Shown: positions 42,766 through 53,253 of the stretch, in pieces
Numbering within the stretch: position 1 is the first letter of the stretch
Layout of the letters: each line of letters begins with the position of its first letter
DNA from: Escherichia coli
GTDB lineage: Bacteria; Pseudomonadota; Gammaproteobacteria; Enterobacterales; Enterobacteriaceae
Reading direction: 5' to 3' (one strand)
NCBI RefSeq assembly: GCF_044324785.1
Contig: NZ_CP172127.1
Length of the DNA stretch: 64,000 bases
Program-made: the position numbers and the translations under genes
Notes under the pieces: model-generated
What the model saw: the letters and a program-made list of their open reading frames with translations, nothing else
Database searches by the model: none
Told to the model about the DNA's origin: nothing

Positions 42766-43277
42766 ATGGCAGCACTTACTGCAAGCTGTATTGACCTGAA
42801 TATTCAGGGCAATGGCACTTATTCCGTTCTGAAGCAGTTGGCGACAATGGCGTTACAAAACGGTTTTATCACCGACTCACACCAGTTCCTGCAAACTCTG
42901 CTGCTGCGCGAAAAAATGCACTCCACCGGTTTTGGTTCCGGCATCGCCGTGCCGCACGGTAAAAGCGCCTGCGTTAAACAACCGTTCGTGTTATTCGCCC
43001 GCAAAGCGCAGGCCATTGACTGGCAGGCCAGCGATGGCGAAATTGCTGGAGCGAACAGGAACGACGTTTTCGTGGATTTTTTATTACCCTCGCCCAACCG
43101 GTTGAGGTGAATAACGAAGTCGTTAACCATGTGCTGATCGCCTGTGCCGCCGCCGATGCGCGTCATGAGCTAAAAATATTTAGCTATCTGGCAAGCGTAT
43201 TGTGTCAGCATCCGGCAGAGGTTATTGCCGGGTTAACAGAATATGAGGCATTTATGGAGTTACTTCACAGGGGGTGA
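42766..43277 (+). pseudogene. frvA: PTS fructose-like EIIA component remnant (frvA-like), apparent +1 frameshift
   Basis: N-terminal part (42766..43110) has the EIIA type-2 signature (STGFGSGIAVPHGKS). The conserved C-terminal part (...VVNHVLIACAAADARHELKIFSYLASVL...EAFMELLHRG) is in another frame, ending at 43277. The shift falls at a T6 run near 43073..43078. No frvB/frvX/frvR follow. Confidence 0.5.
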
Positions 43278-43332
43278 ACGGTGTCGGATGCGCCGCATCC
43301 GACACTGCATTTATCACCACAATCAAAAACGT

Positions 43333-44388
43333 TTAACGCAAGCTATTATAGTCATCGACCATTTCGTTGTACTCGCGTAACGCTCGCGGAAATGAGTCGT
43401 CGACCATCCAGCTTGTGTTTGCATCCTGAAGATGCTCTTTATCCCAGTCAGAGTACGGAACTTTATCTCTGACGCGGCGAACATATTTTTTAGCCTCGAG
43501 TTGATACTGGTCTGCCGAATTAATGAACGAGAAATTCATACCGCCTTTATCCGCTTCTTTGGCCTGCGCCACCAGCGTTTCCAGTTCAGAGACTTTCTTC
43601 ATTGCCGCATCAACATCAAACTTCTCTTGCGAAATCAGGTTATTAATTTGTTTCGCTGAAATCATGACTGCCAGAGAGTAGTAGTGGAATGTTTTCCCTT
43701 CTCTTTGTTCAATATTTTTCAGTTCCGCAAGCTGGCGCTTATCGTTAATTTCCTGAATCGCCGCATGATAAGATTCTGCTACAGGTTCAAAGGCTTCAAG
43801 ATTTTTTAAGAATGTCTGGTGCAGCGTTTTCCCTTTCGCAAACGCATCGTCTTTATAATTTTCCTGGGTGTAATATTTATCCATTTCGTTAATGGTATTA
43901 CCCAACGCCACGGCAGCATCAATATAACTCACCGCCACGCCATCAATAGGTTGCAGCGCAGGCGTTAACGCCACGACTCTTTTTATTCCTTTTTGACACT
44001 CAGAGAGATTGGATTCACTAATGCCATAGATGCCATAAACAAGGCTCTCTTTACCCGTTGGCCCCTGTTTAAAATCTTTCAGCCAGTCAGCGTAACGCGC
44101 CAGACTGTTCTGTACAGGGATCTGTAACTTGTTGTAGCACTTGATATAGACATCCATTTTTTCGTCGAAGACCGCTTGTTCATCGACCACCGGTTGCGCA
44201 GGCGTTTCAGGTTTAACTTCTGCTTTTGCAACGGGAGCTTCAGTAGGTTTCGCTTCAGGAGCTGGTGCGGCAGGTTGACTATTGGCAGGCGGGGGCGTTT
44301 CTGTTTCGGCTTTTTTATCATCACAACCCGTGAGACCGAGGGCCATGATGGCGACTATAATAGCGGAAGATAATAAATTCCTTTTCAT
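43333..44388 (-). CDS. yiiG: Lipoprotein YiiG (DUF3829-like)
   Basis: 351 aa with lipobox (MALGLTGC) and a Pro/Ala-rich linker; synteny next to fdhD. Confidence 0.8.
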   Translation of the reverse strand: MKRNLLSSAIIVAIMALGLTGCDDKKAETETPPPANSQPAAPAPEAKPTEAPVAKAEVKPETPAQPVVDEQAVFDEKMDVYIKCYNKLQIPVQNSLARYADWLKDFKQGPTGKESLVYGIYGISESNLSECQKGIKRVVALTPALQPIDGVAVSYIDAAVALGNTINEMDKYYTQENYKDDAFAKGKTLHQTFLKNLEAFEPVAESYHAAIQEINDKRQLAELKNIEQREGKTFHYYSLAVMISAKQINNLISQEKFDVDAAMKKVSELETLVAQAKEADKGGMNFSFINSADQYQLEAKKYVRRVRDKVPYSDWDKEHLQDANTSWMVDDSFPRALREYNEMVDDYNSLR

Positions 44389-44582
44389 TTAATTGCCTTA
44401 TAAATATATAGATAAGAGAGATAATATTTTAAATGAAAAAATGATCCGTCACTATACACATTTTGCTTATAAACAAACCGAAATCATTCACACCCCGAAT
44501 AATTCCTGCGACTTAAAATATAAATCGCAGGAAGCTATTTTAATTACCCGCTCTACCACTGGCGCAGGATATAAACTCTCAC

Positions 44583-46889
44583 CTACATTCCATAACGTTC
44601 AGAAATAGCAGCATGCTTCTCTTCATTCGCCCCGGCTTCTTTGGCAAGACGCCACCAGCACAACGGATGTTCCCAGTCAGCGGTCAATTCGTGCAAGGTC
44701 TTATCGATATCACCTTTAGAAACTGAACGCGGCGCGCTGATAACAAAGTAGAACGCGGGCAGCGGCTGTGCATCTTCTCCCTGCTGGCTGTCCGTTAACG
44801 TATAGTCCTCGTTACTGTTGCTCCAGTAGTACCAGTTTCGTTCACGGAGCGCCTCACGGAAGACATTAAACTGTTCTTCCCCAGGCATGACACCTTCACA
44901 GAACCAGGACTCGCCGTACTCAGTCGGGATAATGGTTTGCAGGCAGGCATAAAGTGGCGTGAAATTCTTCCGTTCTTCCTCATCCTCTGGTTGGGTGTTC
45001 AACATTTCTGCATCGAATACCACAACTTCATCAACATGTTGCGGATAATCGGTCCGGTAAGTTGGCTCAATGATCCTTGCTGTTACCGGCCCAATACGTT
45101 GAGCATAGTAATAGCGGTATTCATAATTTTCCCGGAAGCGAATGTTTAGCAGCCCCCATTTTTCGTCGATAAAACCTTCACCTTCCGTAAGTTCGATTTC
45201 CAGTTCAGCAGCAATAGCACGAACCAAATCCCATTGTTGCAGGATGCTGGCGGTCGCCATGATATCCCACTGGAGATTTCGAATATCTTCTTCACGGCTA
45301 ATCATCAGTTGCTGCAATTGTTGTAAATAATCCAGCTGTCGATCCCAGGCTTCCTGTTTTTGTGCTGCCCAGGAGCACATGCGATAAACGCCAACCCATT
45401 CACGCCCTTTTTCGTTTTGCAGCAACTGTTGCCCAATCGACTCCAGTTCACTCCAGTCTTCCTGTTGGTTGATCACTCGCGCACGGAACCACAAGGCCAT
45501 ATGTAGCAGCCCCGCCTGTTCATACTGCTTCGCCAGGTGCTCAATGGTTTGCAGATCGTCACGGTGGAGCAATAAATCCAACAGATCGAAGCAGAGATTG
45601 TTATCTTCCTGGAGGTGGCTTTCGACGTAGCGTTGCAGAAGTTCAATCGACTCATCAATCGCATTACAGGCATTTAACGCATTGACCAGTTTGCCCAGCA
45701 ATTCCGCATCATCTGGCGCGTTCAGGTAAGCGCGGCGGAATGTTTCGACGTCTTTTTCTGGATCTGGCTGCGTTTCTTCGTCGCTATTTTCAGGTACTTC
45801 TACAACCGGACGAGCAAGCAACTCCGCCTCTTTGGCGGCGATTTTTTCACTCAGTTCGAGAAACTCGCGATCAACCCCCAGTAACGCGCGTAATTTTGGC
45901 ATGTGTCGCTGGGCCAGTTTCATCGCTATTTTGGCAACCCAGACGGATTCACGCTCCAGCGCCAGGGTGATTTGCAGTTTTGCCAGATTAACCACTTTGC
46001 GATGCGCCCCGGCCTGTGAACGTTGCTCCAGCATTTTCTGGATGATGCGCGCCAGTTGCCAGTTGTTTCTTTGTGGATGACGGGGAAGTAACACAGTAAT
46101 GATTTTCAGCCATGACCCCCATGAATGGGGAGTCAGATCTGACCAACGCGGTAATTCCTCCCAGACTTCTTCGTCCTGCCCGCATAACGCCATGATGTAC
46201 AGTTTTTTGAGGTGATTACTAATGCGGTCGCGGCCCCAGTAATCATTGGCTTCTGTCAGCTCATCAATCAGTATGCGTGCTTCATCATAACGCTGAAGTT
46301 CAATCAGAATATCGGCACGAGTATAAAGTAATGCATCAATATCATCTTCCCCGGCTGCTTTAACTGCGTCGATTTGTCGATCCAGATAAGCCAGTGCCTC
46401 CTCTATTCTTTTGGAATCTATCAGTGCACTGGCATATTCAGTGGACAAACACTGAAAACAGCTCCAGGTCGGATCAATCCGCGCGATGGTTTCTTCACAT
46501 ACCGCCATGCGTTCATTCGCCCAGCCAGGTGCATCAATATTTTCGTAGCAGGCGGATAAATCCTGGGTAACGCAGATAGATTGTGGGCAATCTTTTGTCT
46601 CTTCCCGGTGCGCTTTTTCAAACAGCGCCACCACGTCTGGCAGTACTTTTTCGCCTTCTTCGCGGTTAGTGAGACGATGGCGCATTTCCCAATGACCAAT
46701 AAAAATCTCCAGCCACGGATTTTTTGCCACCTGGGTAAGTGCTTTTACTTCAGGTAACAGCGAATCGCACTTTTCCATTTGCAGGTGCATAACGCCTTCC
46801 GAATAATCATCGATAAGTTGCGGAATATACTCCTGCCCGGCATCGCGTAACTCCTTAGTATATTTGTGATACCACTCCCATATATCCAT
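44583..46889 (-). CDS. Hypothetical 768-aa protein, predicted alpha-helical, cotranscribed with the Hsp90-like ATPase
   Basis: Its ATG (46887..46889) lies 1 nt from the upstream gene's stop codon (46891..46893). No motif I can assign; Trp/Glu-rich, with possible helical-repeat architecture. Confidence 0.6.
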   Translation of the reverse strand: MDIWEWYHKYTKELRDAGQEYIPQLIDDYSEGVMHLQMEKCDSLLPEVKALTQVAKNPWLEIFIGHWEMRHRLTNREEGEKVLPDVVALFEKAHREETKDCPQSICVTQDLSACYENIDAPGWANERMAVCEETIARIDPTWSCFQCLSTEYASALIDSKRIEEALAYLDRQIDAVKAAGEDDIDALLYTRADILIELQRYDEARILIDELTEANDYWGRDRISNHLKKLYIMALCGQDEEVWEELPRWSDLTPHSWGSWLKIITVLLPRHPQRNNWQLARIIQKMLEQRSQAGAHRKVVNLAKLQITLALERESVWVAKIAMKLAQRHMPKLRALLGVDREFLELSEKIAAKEAELLARPVVEVPENSDEETQPDPEKDVETFRRAYLNAPDDAELLGKLVNALNACNAIDESIELLQRYVESHLQEDNNLCFDLLDLLLHRDDLQTIEHLAKQYEQAGLLHMALWFRARVINQQEDWSELESIGQQLLQNEKGREWVGVYRMCSWAAQKQEAWDRQLDYLQQLQQLMISREEDIRNLQWDIMATASILQQWDLVRAIAAELEIELTEGEGFIDEKWGLLNIRFRENYEYRYYYAQRIGPVTARIIEPTYRTDYPQHVDEVVVFDAEMLNTQPEDEEERKNFTPLYACLQTIIPTEYGESWFCEGVMPGEEQFNVFREALRERNWYYWSNSNEDYTLTDSQQGEDAQPLPAFYFVISAPRSVSKGDIDKTLHELTADWEHPLCWWRLAKEAGANEEKHAAISERYGM

Positions 46890-46890
46890 T

Positions 46891-48726
46891 TTATTTTCCT
46901 TGATTAATTAAGACAGGAATAACCTGAGTAAAATCTTCCAGTGCCTGATGTAAATCCCACTGCTGTTCTTTATTACCGCTGGAGCACAGAATCACTTTCA
47001 GCGATTTTAATAACCGTAATGCTGCCGCTGGCTGTTGATGGTGTTGTAATGCCGTCACCAGTTGCATGACACAGGGGTTATTAAGGTTGATATAGAGACT
47101 TGAAGTTTTAGATTTTTGGATTTGCGAGGTAAATTGCCGCGCCAGCATTAATGCAGCGGTACTGATGCGTTTATCTGCGTCATCCTGTTCGAGAATTTGT
47201 TTTAATTCTGCTTCGCGGTCTGGCGTGACCACGAGCGGTAAAACCGCTGGTTCGAAGCGGGAGATAATTAATTGCTCGCCATCACAGAGATGCTCTTCCA
47301 GATATGCAACCTGCTCTTCGGGTAATTCTGCCAGGCTGAACAACTGCTCATTACCCGTTTGCGTACCGACTTCGATAATCCGGCAGTGATATAACAGCGC
47401 CCAACGACGTAAAAATGGCACCACCGCATAACGATCGCCACGGGCTACGGGCCGTTGCAGAATATGAAACAACATCTCTTCAAAACCGCCGTCGCGGCTT
47501 AACAGAATATGAATACTGTTATTAACGCGTAAATCCTTCGCCAGCAGCGCACCTTTTGACGTTGGCACCTGCAGGCGGTCTTTGAGTAAATCAAACAGAC
47601 GATCATCACACAAGGCCGCACCCAGCAACGCTTCGTTGTGGCGCATTAATACACGCCGCCAGATTTCTGGCTGGTTTTGTGCGAGATCGGACAAACCTGA
47701 AATCAGCGCCTCTTTTAGCGCCTCCTGTACCGCAACCCAGGTTTCATCCCGCTGGAGATCTTCCCGGCTCGCCGTCGGCGTCAGTTTCGATGACTCAATC
47801 ACGCCGCCAATAAATCCGGCCCAGGGCGGTAACAACTCACGCGCTTCATCATCCAGTAACATACCGCGCAAAAACAACGACAGGTTGCGGTTATCGCTGG
47901 TGCCGTAGGTTGCGCCATCCTGAATCCATAAAATCCCGACCGCATCGCTCATCCCCGCAGGTACTACCGGAATGGTGCAAATCGGTTCGAAGGAGGATTC
48001 AAACTGGGCGGCAAAGGCGAGATTTTTACGCTGCACCAGCGCGCGGTGCATGGTTACGCCTTCGGGGGCAACTTCACGCCACGGTGGTTGAAGTTTATTT
48101 ACCGGCTCGCCGGCATCGCCGACATAGACCGGTTCGTGCAGCAATATGCAGTAGCGGGAAAGAACGCGGTTCAGCAAATTGTTACTCGCCAGATGGCTAT
48201 ACTCTTCTTTGAGCGTCAGAATCACCTGCGTTCCCGTTTCCGAGGACTCATACGGCGTAACGGTATATTTTTGCCCGTCAGTAGAGTGGTATTTCCAGCG
48301 CTGATCCGGCGTTTGCCAGGATGTGGTCAACACCGTAACCTCTTTTGCCAGCACAAAGGCCGACAAAAAACCGAGGCCGAACATACCAATTAAACCGGTG
48401 TTGTCATCCTGCTGGCGCAACATTCGGGTATAACCCACGCCCACTGTCGCCAGGAAGCCGTGAATTTCACTTTCTGTCAGTCCCGCACCGGTATCGGTAA
48501 TGGTGATGATGGACTTCGCCACGTCTGCCACCACACGAATCGCGTTATCCTTTGGCGCATCGGGCTGCTCAATCCTGCGGCGAACGATCGCATCATGGCC
48601 GTTCTGCACCAGCTCGCGCACGGCAACCACGGGAGTGGAGTAAAGATGCTTACTAAGCACCTCAATTAAACCGTTTAAATTAACTTCTGTAGAATATGAA
48701 CTGCCAGGTAACTGTAATGTACTCAT
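46891..48726 (-). CDS. Divergent Hsp90/HtpG-family GHKL ATPase paralog (611 aa)
   Basis: N-terminal Bergerat-fold motifs by eye: ELVQNGHDA (compare HtpG ELISNASDA), ITDTGAGLT (compare DNGVGM), GMFGLGFLSAFVLA (compare GQFGVGFYSAF). Length similar to HtpG. Confidence 0.7.
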   Translation of the reverse strand: MSTLQLPGSSYSTEVNLNGLIEVLSKHLYSTPVVAVRELVQNGHDAIVRRRIEQPDAPKDNAIRVVADVAKSIITITDTGAGLTESEIHGFLATVGVGYTRMLRQQDDNTGLIGMFGLGFLSAFVLAKEVTVLTTSWQTPDQRWKYHSTDGQKYTVTPYESSETGTQVILTLKEEYSHLASNNLLNRVLSRYCILLHEPVYVGDAGEPVNKLQPPWREVAPEGVTMHRALVQRKNLAFAAQFESSFEPICTIPVVPAGMSDAVGILWIQDGATYGTSDNRNLSLFLRGMLLDDEARELLPPWAGFIGGVIESSKLTPTASREDLQRDETWVAVQEALKEALISGLSDLAQNQPEIWRRVLMRHNEALLGAALCDDRLFDLLKDRLQVPTSKGALLAKDLRVNNSIHILLSRDGGFEEMLFHILQRPVARGDRYAVVPFLRRWALLYHCRIIEVGTQTGNEQLFSLAELPEEQVAYLEEHLCDGEQLIISRFEPAVLPLVVTPDREAELKQILEQDDADKRISTAALMLARQFTSQIQKSKTSSLYINLNNPCVMQLVTALQHHQQPAAALRLLKSLKVILCSSGNKEQQWDLHQALEDFTQVIPVLINQGK

Positions 48727-48999
48727 TTTTCAATACTCATAATCCATCACCCACTATTGAAAATACATTGCTGTTTTTACAACCGGTGCAAGGTTTGTTA
48801 TTTTCATTCACGCATCGGAAACATTTATTTATTGACGCGATGATTAAAACAAAATGTCTTATATAAATAATGATTAATTCTTAATAGGATTAATGCGACT
48901 GGAGTATATCGATATAAACCGGAGTTAACGAGATAATTTCTTGTGGTGAAATTATTATTTAAATGCTGAATAATATATTGAGGATTATTTAATAGAAAA

Positions 49000-49033
49000 A
49001 TAAAACCGCAATCCAGAATCAGAATTGCGGTAT
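49000..49033 (-). terminator. fdhD terminator
   Basis: Hairpin ccgcaat...attgcgg with an A-run on the plus strand (T-run on the minus strand) just after the fdhD stop. Confidence 0.6.
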
Positions 49034-49037
49034 TTCT

Positions 49038-49874
49038 TTAATTATGAATCAAACGCTGCGGATGGGTATAAACCGTTGCCCGACCCAGTTTACAAAAGCC
49101 CACCAGCGTCAAATTACAGCGTTCAGCCACTTCTACAGCAAGCGTGGTCGCGGCAGACACCGCAAACAAAATCTCTACGCCACACATCGCCGACTTTTGC
49201 ACCATTTCATAACTGGCACGGCTGGAAACCAGCACCGCACCTTGCTGCCAGCTTTCCCCTTCTTGTGACCGGCGGCCTAACAGTTTGTCCAGCGCCACAT
49301 GGCGACCCACGTCTTCATGCCCGCCGACCAGTTCGCCAGATGGCAACATCCATGCAGCGGCGTGAGTACAACCGGTCAGTTGCCCCACTGGCTGGAAATC
49401 ATTGAGATGACGTAATGCATCATCCAGTTTGTTGAGATCAAACGTCTGGGTGAACGGCAGCGGCTGCACCGGTTTTCCGATATCGTTAAGCTGTTCCACG
49501 CCGCACACGCCGCAGCCTGTACGCCCGGCCAGCGCCCGGCGACGTTCCTTCAACCCCATAAAGCGGCGGCTGGAAAGCTCAATTTGAACTTCAAGACCAT
49601 TACAGGAAGGAGCGACATCCATGCCGAAGATATCGCGCGGACTTTCTATTATCCCCTCGGAAAGCGAAAAACCGAGCGCAAAGTACTCAAGGTCTTTGGG
49701 CGACGCCATCATCACCACATGCGAAATGCCGTTGTAGACCAGCGCAACGGGAACTTCTTCCGCGACCTCATCTAACCGTGGGTGTTGTAAATCATCACGC
49801 CGCCATAACTCAATTTGACGAACACCTGTGATATTTGTCACATTTTCGATTTCTTTTTGCTGTGTTTTTTTCAC
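49038..49874 (-). CDS. fdhD: Formate dehydrogenase sulfurtransferase/accessory protein FdhD
   Basis: 278 aa, [28 protein letters not shown]..., conserved GCGVCG. Confidence 0.93.
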   Translation of the reverse strand: MKKTQQKEIENVTNITGVRQIELWRRDDLQHPRLDEVAEEVPVALVYNGISHVVMMASPKDLEYFALGFSLSEGIIESPRDIFGMDVAPSCNGLEVQIELSSRRFMGLKERRRALAGRTGCGVCGVEQLNDIGKPVQPLPFTQTFDLNKLDDALRHLNDFQPVGQLTGCTHAAAWMLPSGELVGGHEDVGRHVALDKLLGRRSQEGESWQQGAVLVSSRASYEMVQKSAMCGVEILFAVSAATTLAVEVAERCNLTLVGFCKLGRATVYTHPQRLIHN

Positions 49875-50067
49875 TTTCTCTTAACCAGATAAGAACACAC
49901 ACACCAACATTATGGTATTCTGTTACAAACCCTTCCTGGATGGAGGGAAATTGAGCCAATTCTGGACCTTTGCGGCCCCTTCCGCAAAGAAAAATAACTC
50001 CCACTCCCTGCACACGCAGCAAGCGAATGTAAATGGGACGTGACAATGTCGAAACAAGGAGCAATCC

Positions 50068-53000
50068 ATGCAGGTCAGCAGAAGGCAGTTCTTTAAGATC
50101 TGCGCTGGCGGTATGGCAGGCACCACGGCAGCGGCACTGGGTTTTGCACCCAGCGTAGCACTCGCGGAAACTCGGCAGTATAAACTGCTGCGCACCCGCG
50201 AAACCCGTAATACCTGCACCTATTGTTCCGTAGGCTGTGGGCTGTTGATGTACAGCCTCGGTGACGGAGCAAAAAACGCCAAAGCATCTATCTTCCATAT
50301 CGAAGGCGATCCGGATCACCCGGTCAACCGCGGTGCACTTTGTCCGAAAGGCGCTGGCCTGGTGGATTTCATCCACTCCGAAAGCCGTCTGAAGTTTCCG
50401 GAATACCGTGCGCCAGGTTCTGATAAATGGCAGCAAATCAGTTGGGAAGAGGCGTTTGATCGCATCGCCAAACTGATGAAAGAAGACCGCGATGCTAACT
50501 ACATTGCGCAAAACGCCGAAGGCGTGACTGTTAACCGCTGGCTCTCCACCGGGATGCTGTGTGCTTCCGCGTCGAGTAACGAAACCGGCTATTTAACGCA
50601 AAAATTCTCCCGCGCGCTGGGTATGCTCGCGGTCGACAACCAGGCGCGTGTCTGACACGGACCAACGGTAGCAAGTCTTGCTCCAACATTTGGTCGCGGT
50701 GCGATGACCAACCACTGGGTCGACATCAAGAACGCCAACCTCGTCGTGGTGATGGGCGGTAACGCCGCTGAAGCTCACCCGGTCGGGTTCCGCTGGGCGA
50801 TGGAAGCCAAAATTCACAATGGCGCGAAGCTGATTGTGATCGATCCTCGCTTTACGCGTACGGCTGCGGTGGCTGACTACTATGCCCCTATTCGTTCCGG
50901 TACTGACATTGCTTTCCTGTCAGGCGTATTGCTGTACCTGCTGAACAATGAAAAATTCAACCGCGAATATACCGAAGCCTATACCAACGCCAGCCTTATC
51001 GTGCGTGAGGATTACGGCTTTGAAGATGGCCTGTTCACCGGCTACGACGCGGAAAAACGCAAGTACGATAAATCCTCCTGGACTTACGAACTGGACGAAA
51101 ACGGCTTCGCCAAACGCGATACCACGCTGCAACATCCGCGCTGCGTGTGGAACTTGCTGAAACAGCACGTTTCCCGCTACACGCCAGATGTGGTTGAAAA
51201 CATCTGTGGTACGCCAAAAGACGCGTTCCTGAAAGTCTGCGAATACATCGCCGAAACCAGTGCTCACGATAAAACTGCTTCGTTCCTGTATGCCCTCGGC
51301 TGGACGCAACACTCTGTTGGTGCGCAAAACATTCGTACGATGGCGATGATCCAGTTGCTGCTCGGCAATATGGGGATGGCAGGCGGCGGCGTTAACGCCC
51401 TGCGTGGTCACTCCAATATTCAGGGGCTGACGGACCTGGGGCTACTGTCGCAGAGCCTGCCGGGTTACATGACGCTGCCGAGCGAGAAGCAGACCGATCT
51501 GCAAACCTACCTTACCGCCAACACGCCAAAACCGCTGCTGGAAGGCCAGGTAAACTACTGGGGCAACTACCCGAAATTCTTCGTCTCCATGATGAAGGCC
51601 TTCTTTGGTGATAAAGCGACGGCGGAAAATAGCTGGGGCTTTGACTGGTTGCCGAAGTGGGATAAAGGCTACGACGTCCTGCAATACTTCGAGATGATGA
51701 AAGAAGGCAAGGTCAATGGCTATATCTGCCAGGGCTTTAACCCTGTTGCCTCATTCCCGAACAAAAACAAAGTGATCGGTTGTCTGTCGAAACTGAAGTT
51801 CCTCGTCACCATCGACCCGCTGAACACTGAAACCTCTAACTTCTGGCAGAACCACGGTGAGCTGAACGAAGTTGACTCGTCGAAGATCCAGACCGAAGTG
51901 TTCCGTCTGCCATCGACCTGCTTCGCGGAAGAGAACGGTTCTATCGTTAACTCCGGTCGCTGGTTGCAGTGGCACTGGAAAGGTGCGGACGCCCCGGGGA
52001 TTGCGCTGACAGATGGCGAGATCCTCTCCGGTATCTTCCTGCGCTTGCGCAAGATGTATGCCGAACAGGGTGGCGCAAACCCGGATCAGGTGCTGAACAT
52101 GACCTGGAACTACGCCATTCCGCATGAGCCGAAGTCGGAAGAAGTAGCGATGGAGAGCAACGGTAAGGCGCTGGCCGATATTACCGATCCGGCAACCGGT
52201 GCGGTTATCGTCAAGAAAGGCCAACAACTTAGCTCGTTCGCCCAACTGCGCGATGACGGTACGACCTCCTGTGGCTGCTGGATTTTCGCCGGTAGCTGGA
52301 CGCCAGAAGGTAACCAGATGGCGCGCCGTGATAACGCCGATCCGTCTGGCCTCGGTAACACGCTGGGCTGGGCATGGGCATGGCCGCTTAACCGCCGCAT
52401 TCTGTATAACCGCGCCTCCGCAGATCCGCAGGGTAACCCGTGGGATCCGAAGCGTCAGTTGCTGAAATGGGACGGCACCAAATGGACCGGCTGGGATATT
52501 CCGGACTACAGCGCAGCGCCTCCGGGCAGTGGCGTTGGGCCGTTTATCATGCAGCAGGAAGGCATGGGGCGTCTGTTTGCCCTCGATAAGATGGCGGAAG
52601 GTCCGTTCCCGGAACACTACGAGCCGTTTGAAACGCCGCTGGGAACTAACCCGCTGCATCCAAACGTTATCTCGAACCCGGCTGCACGTATCTTTAAAGA
52701 CGACGCCGAAGCGTTGGGTAAAGCCGATAAGTTCCCGTATGTCGGAACCACCTATCGTCTGACCGAGCACTTCCACTACTGGACCAAACACGCGCTGTTG
52801 AACGCGATTTTGCAACCAGAGCAGTTTGTGGAAATCGGGGAGTCGCTGGCGAATAAACTTGGCATTGCCCAGGGCGATACCGTGAAAGTCTCCTCCAACC
52901 GTGGCTATATCAAAGCCAAAGCGGTGGTGACCAAACGTATTCGCACGCTGAAAGCGAACGGCAAAGATATCGATACCATCGGTATTCCGATTCACTGGGG

Positions 53001-53127
53001 CTATGAAGGTGTTGCGAAAAAAGGCTTTATTGCCAATACGTTAACGCCATTCGTTGGTGATGCGAACACGCAGACGCCAGAGTTTAAATCCTTCCTCGTG
53101 AATGTGGAAAAGGTGGATACCCAATAG
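50068..53127 (+). CDS. fdoG: Formate dehydrogenase-O major subunit; selenoprotein with in-frame UGA (Sec) at 50653..50655
   Basis: Tat signal (RRQFFK), 4Fe-4S cysteines (CTYCSVGCG), molybdopterin domains. The two track ORFs 50068..50655 and 50704..53127 are in the same frame, separated only by the TGA. Confidence 0.93.
50656..50700 (+). promoter_or_regulatory. Putative SECIS stem-loop directing Sec insertion at the fdoG UGA
   Basis: Hairpin containing agcaagtcttgct immediately 3' of the UGA, as expected for bacterial SECIS. Confidence 0.55.
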
Positions 53128-53253
53128 ATTTCAGATTGCAGGGAGCTGGCGACGCCATGAAGACCGGGAGCATAGAAACACTATGTGACCGGGATGAATA
53201 AGGAAGCCAGCGAACCTGCAAGCTGAAAGATGAAGGGTAAACGGAGACGAAAT

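Noticed and set aside
42819-43166. 115-aa minus-strand ORF
   Set aside because: Antisense to the frvA-like EIIA remnant.
51751-52995. 414-aa minus-strand ORF
   Set aside because: Antisense to fdoG; Arg-rich low-complexity translation.
50068-53127. fdoG as a pseudogene split by a stop codon
   Set aside because: The stop is an in-frame TGA with a downstream hairpin in a known selenoprotein, so it is read as selenocysteine.
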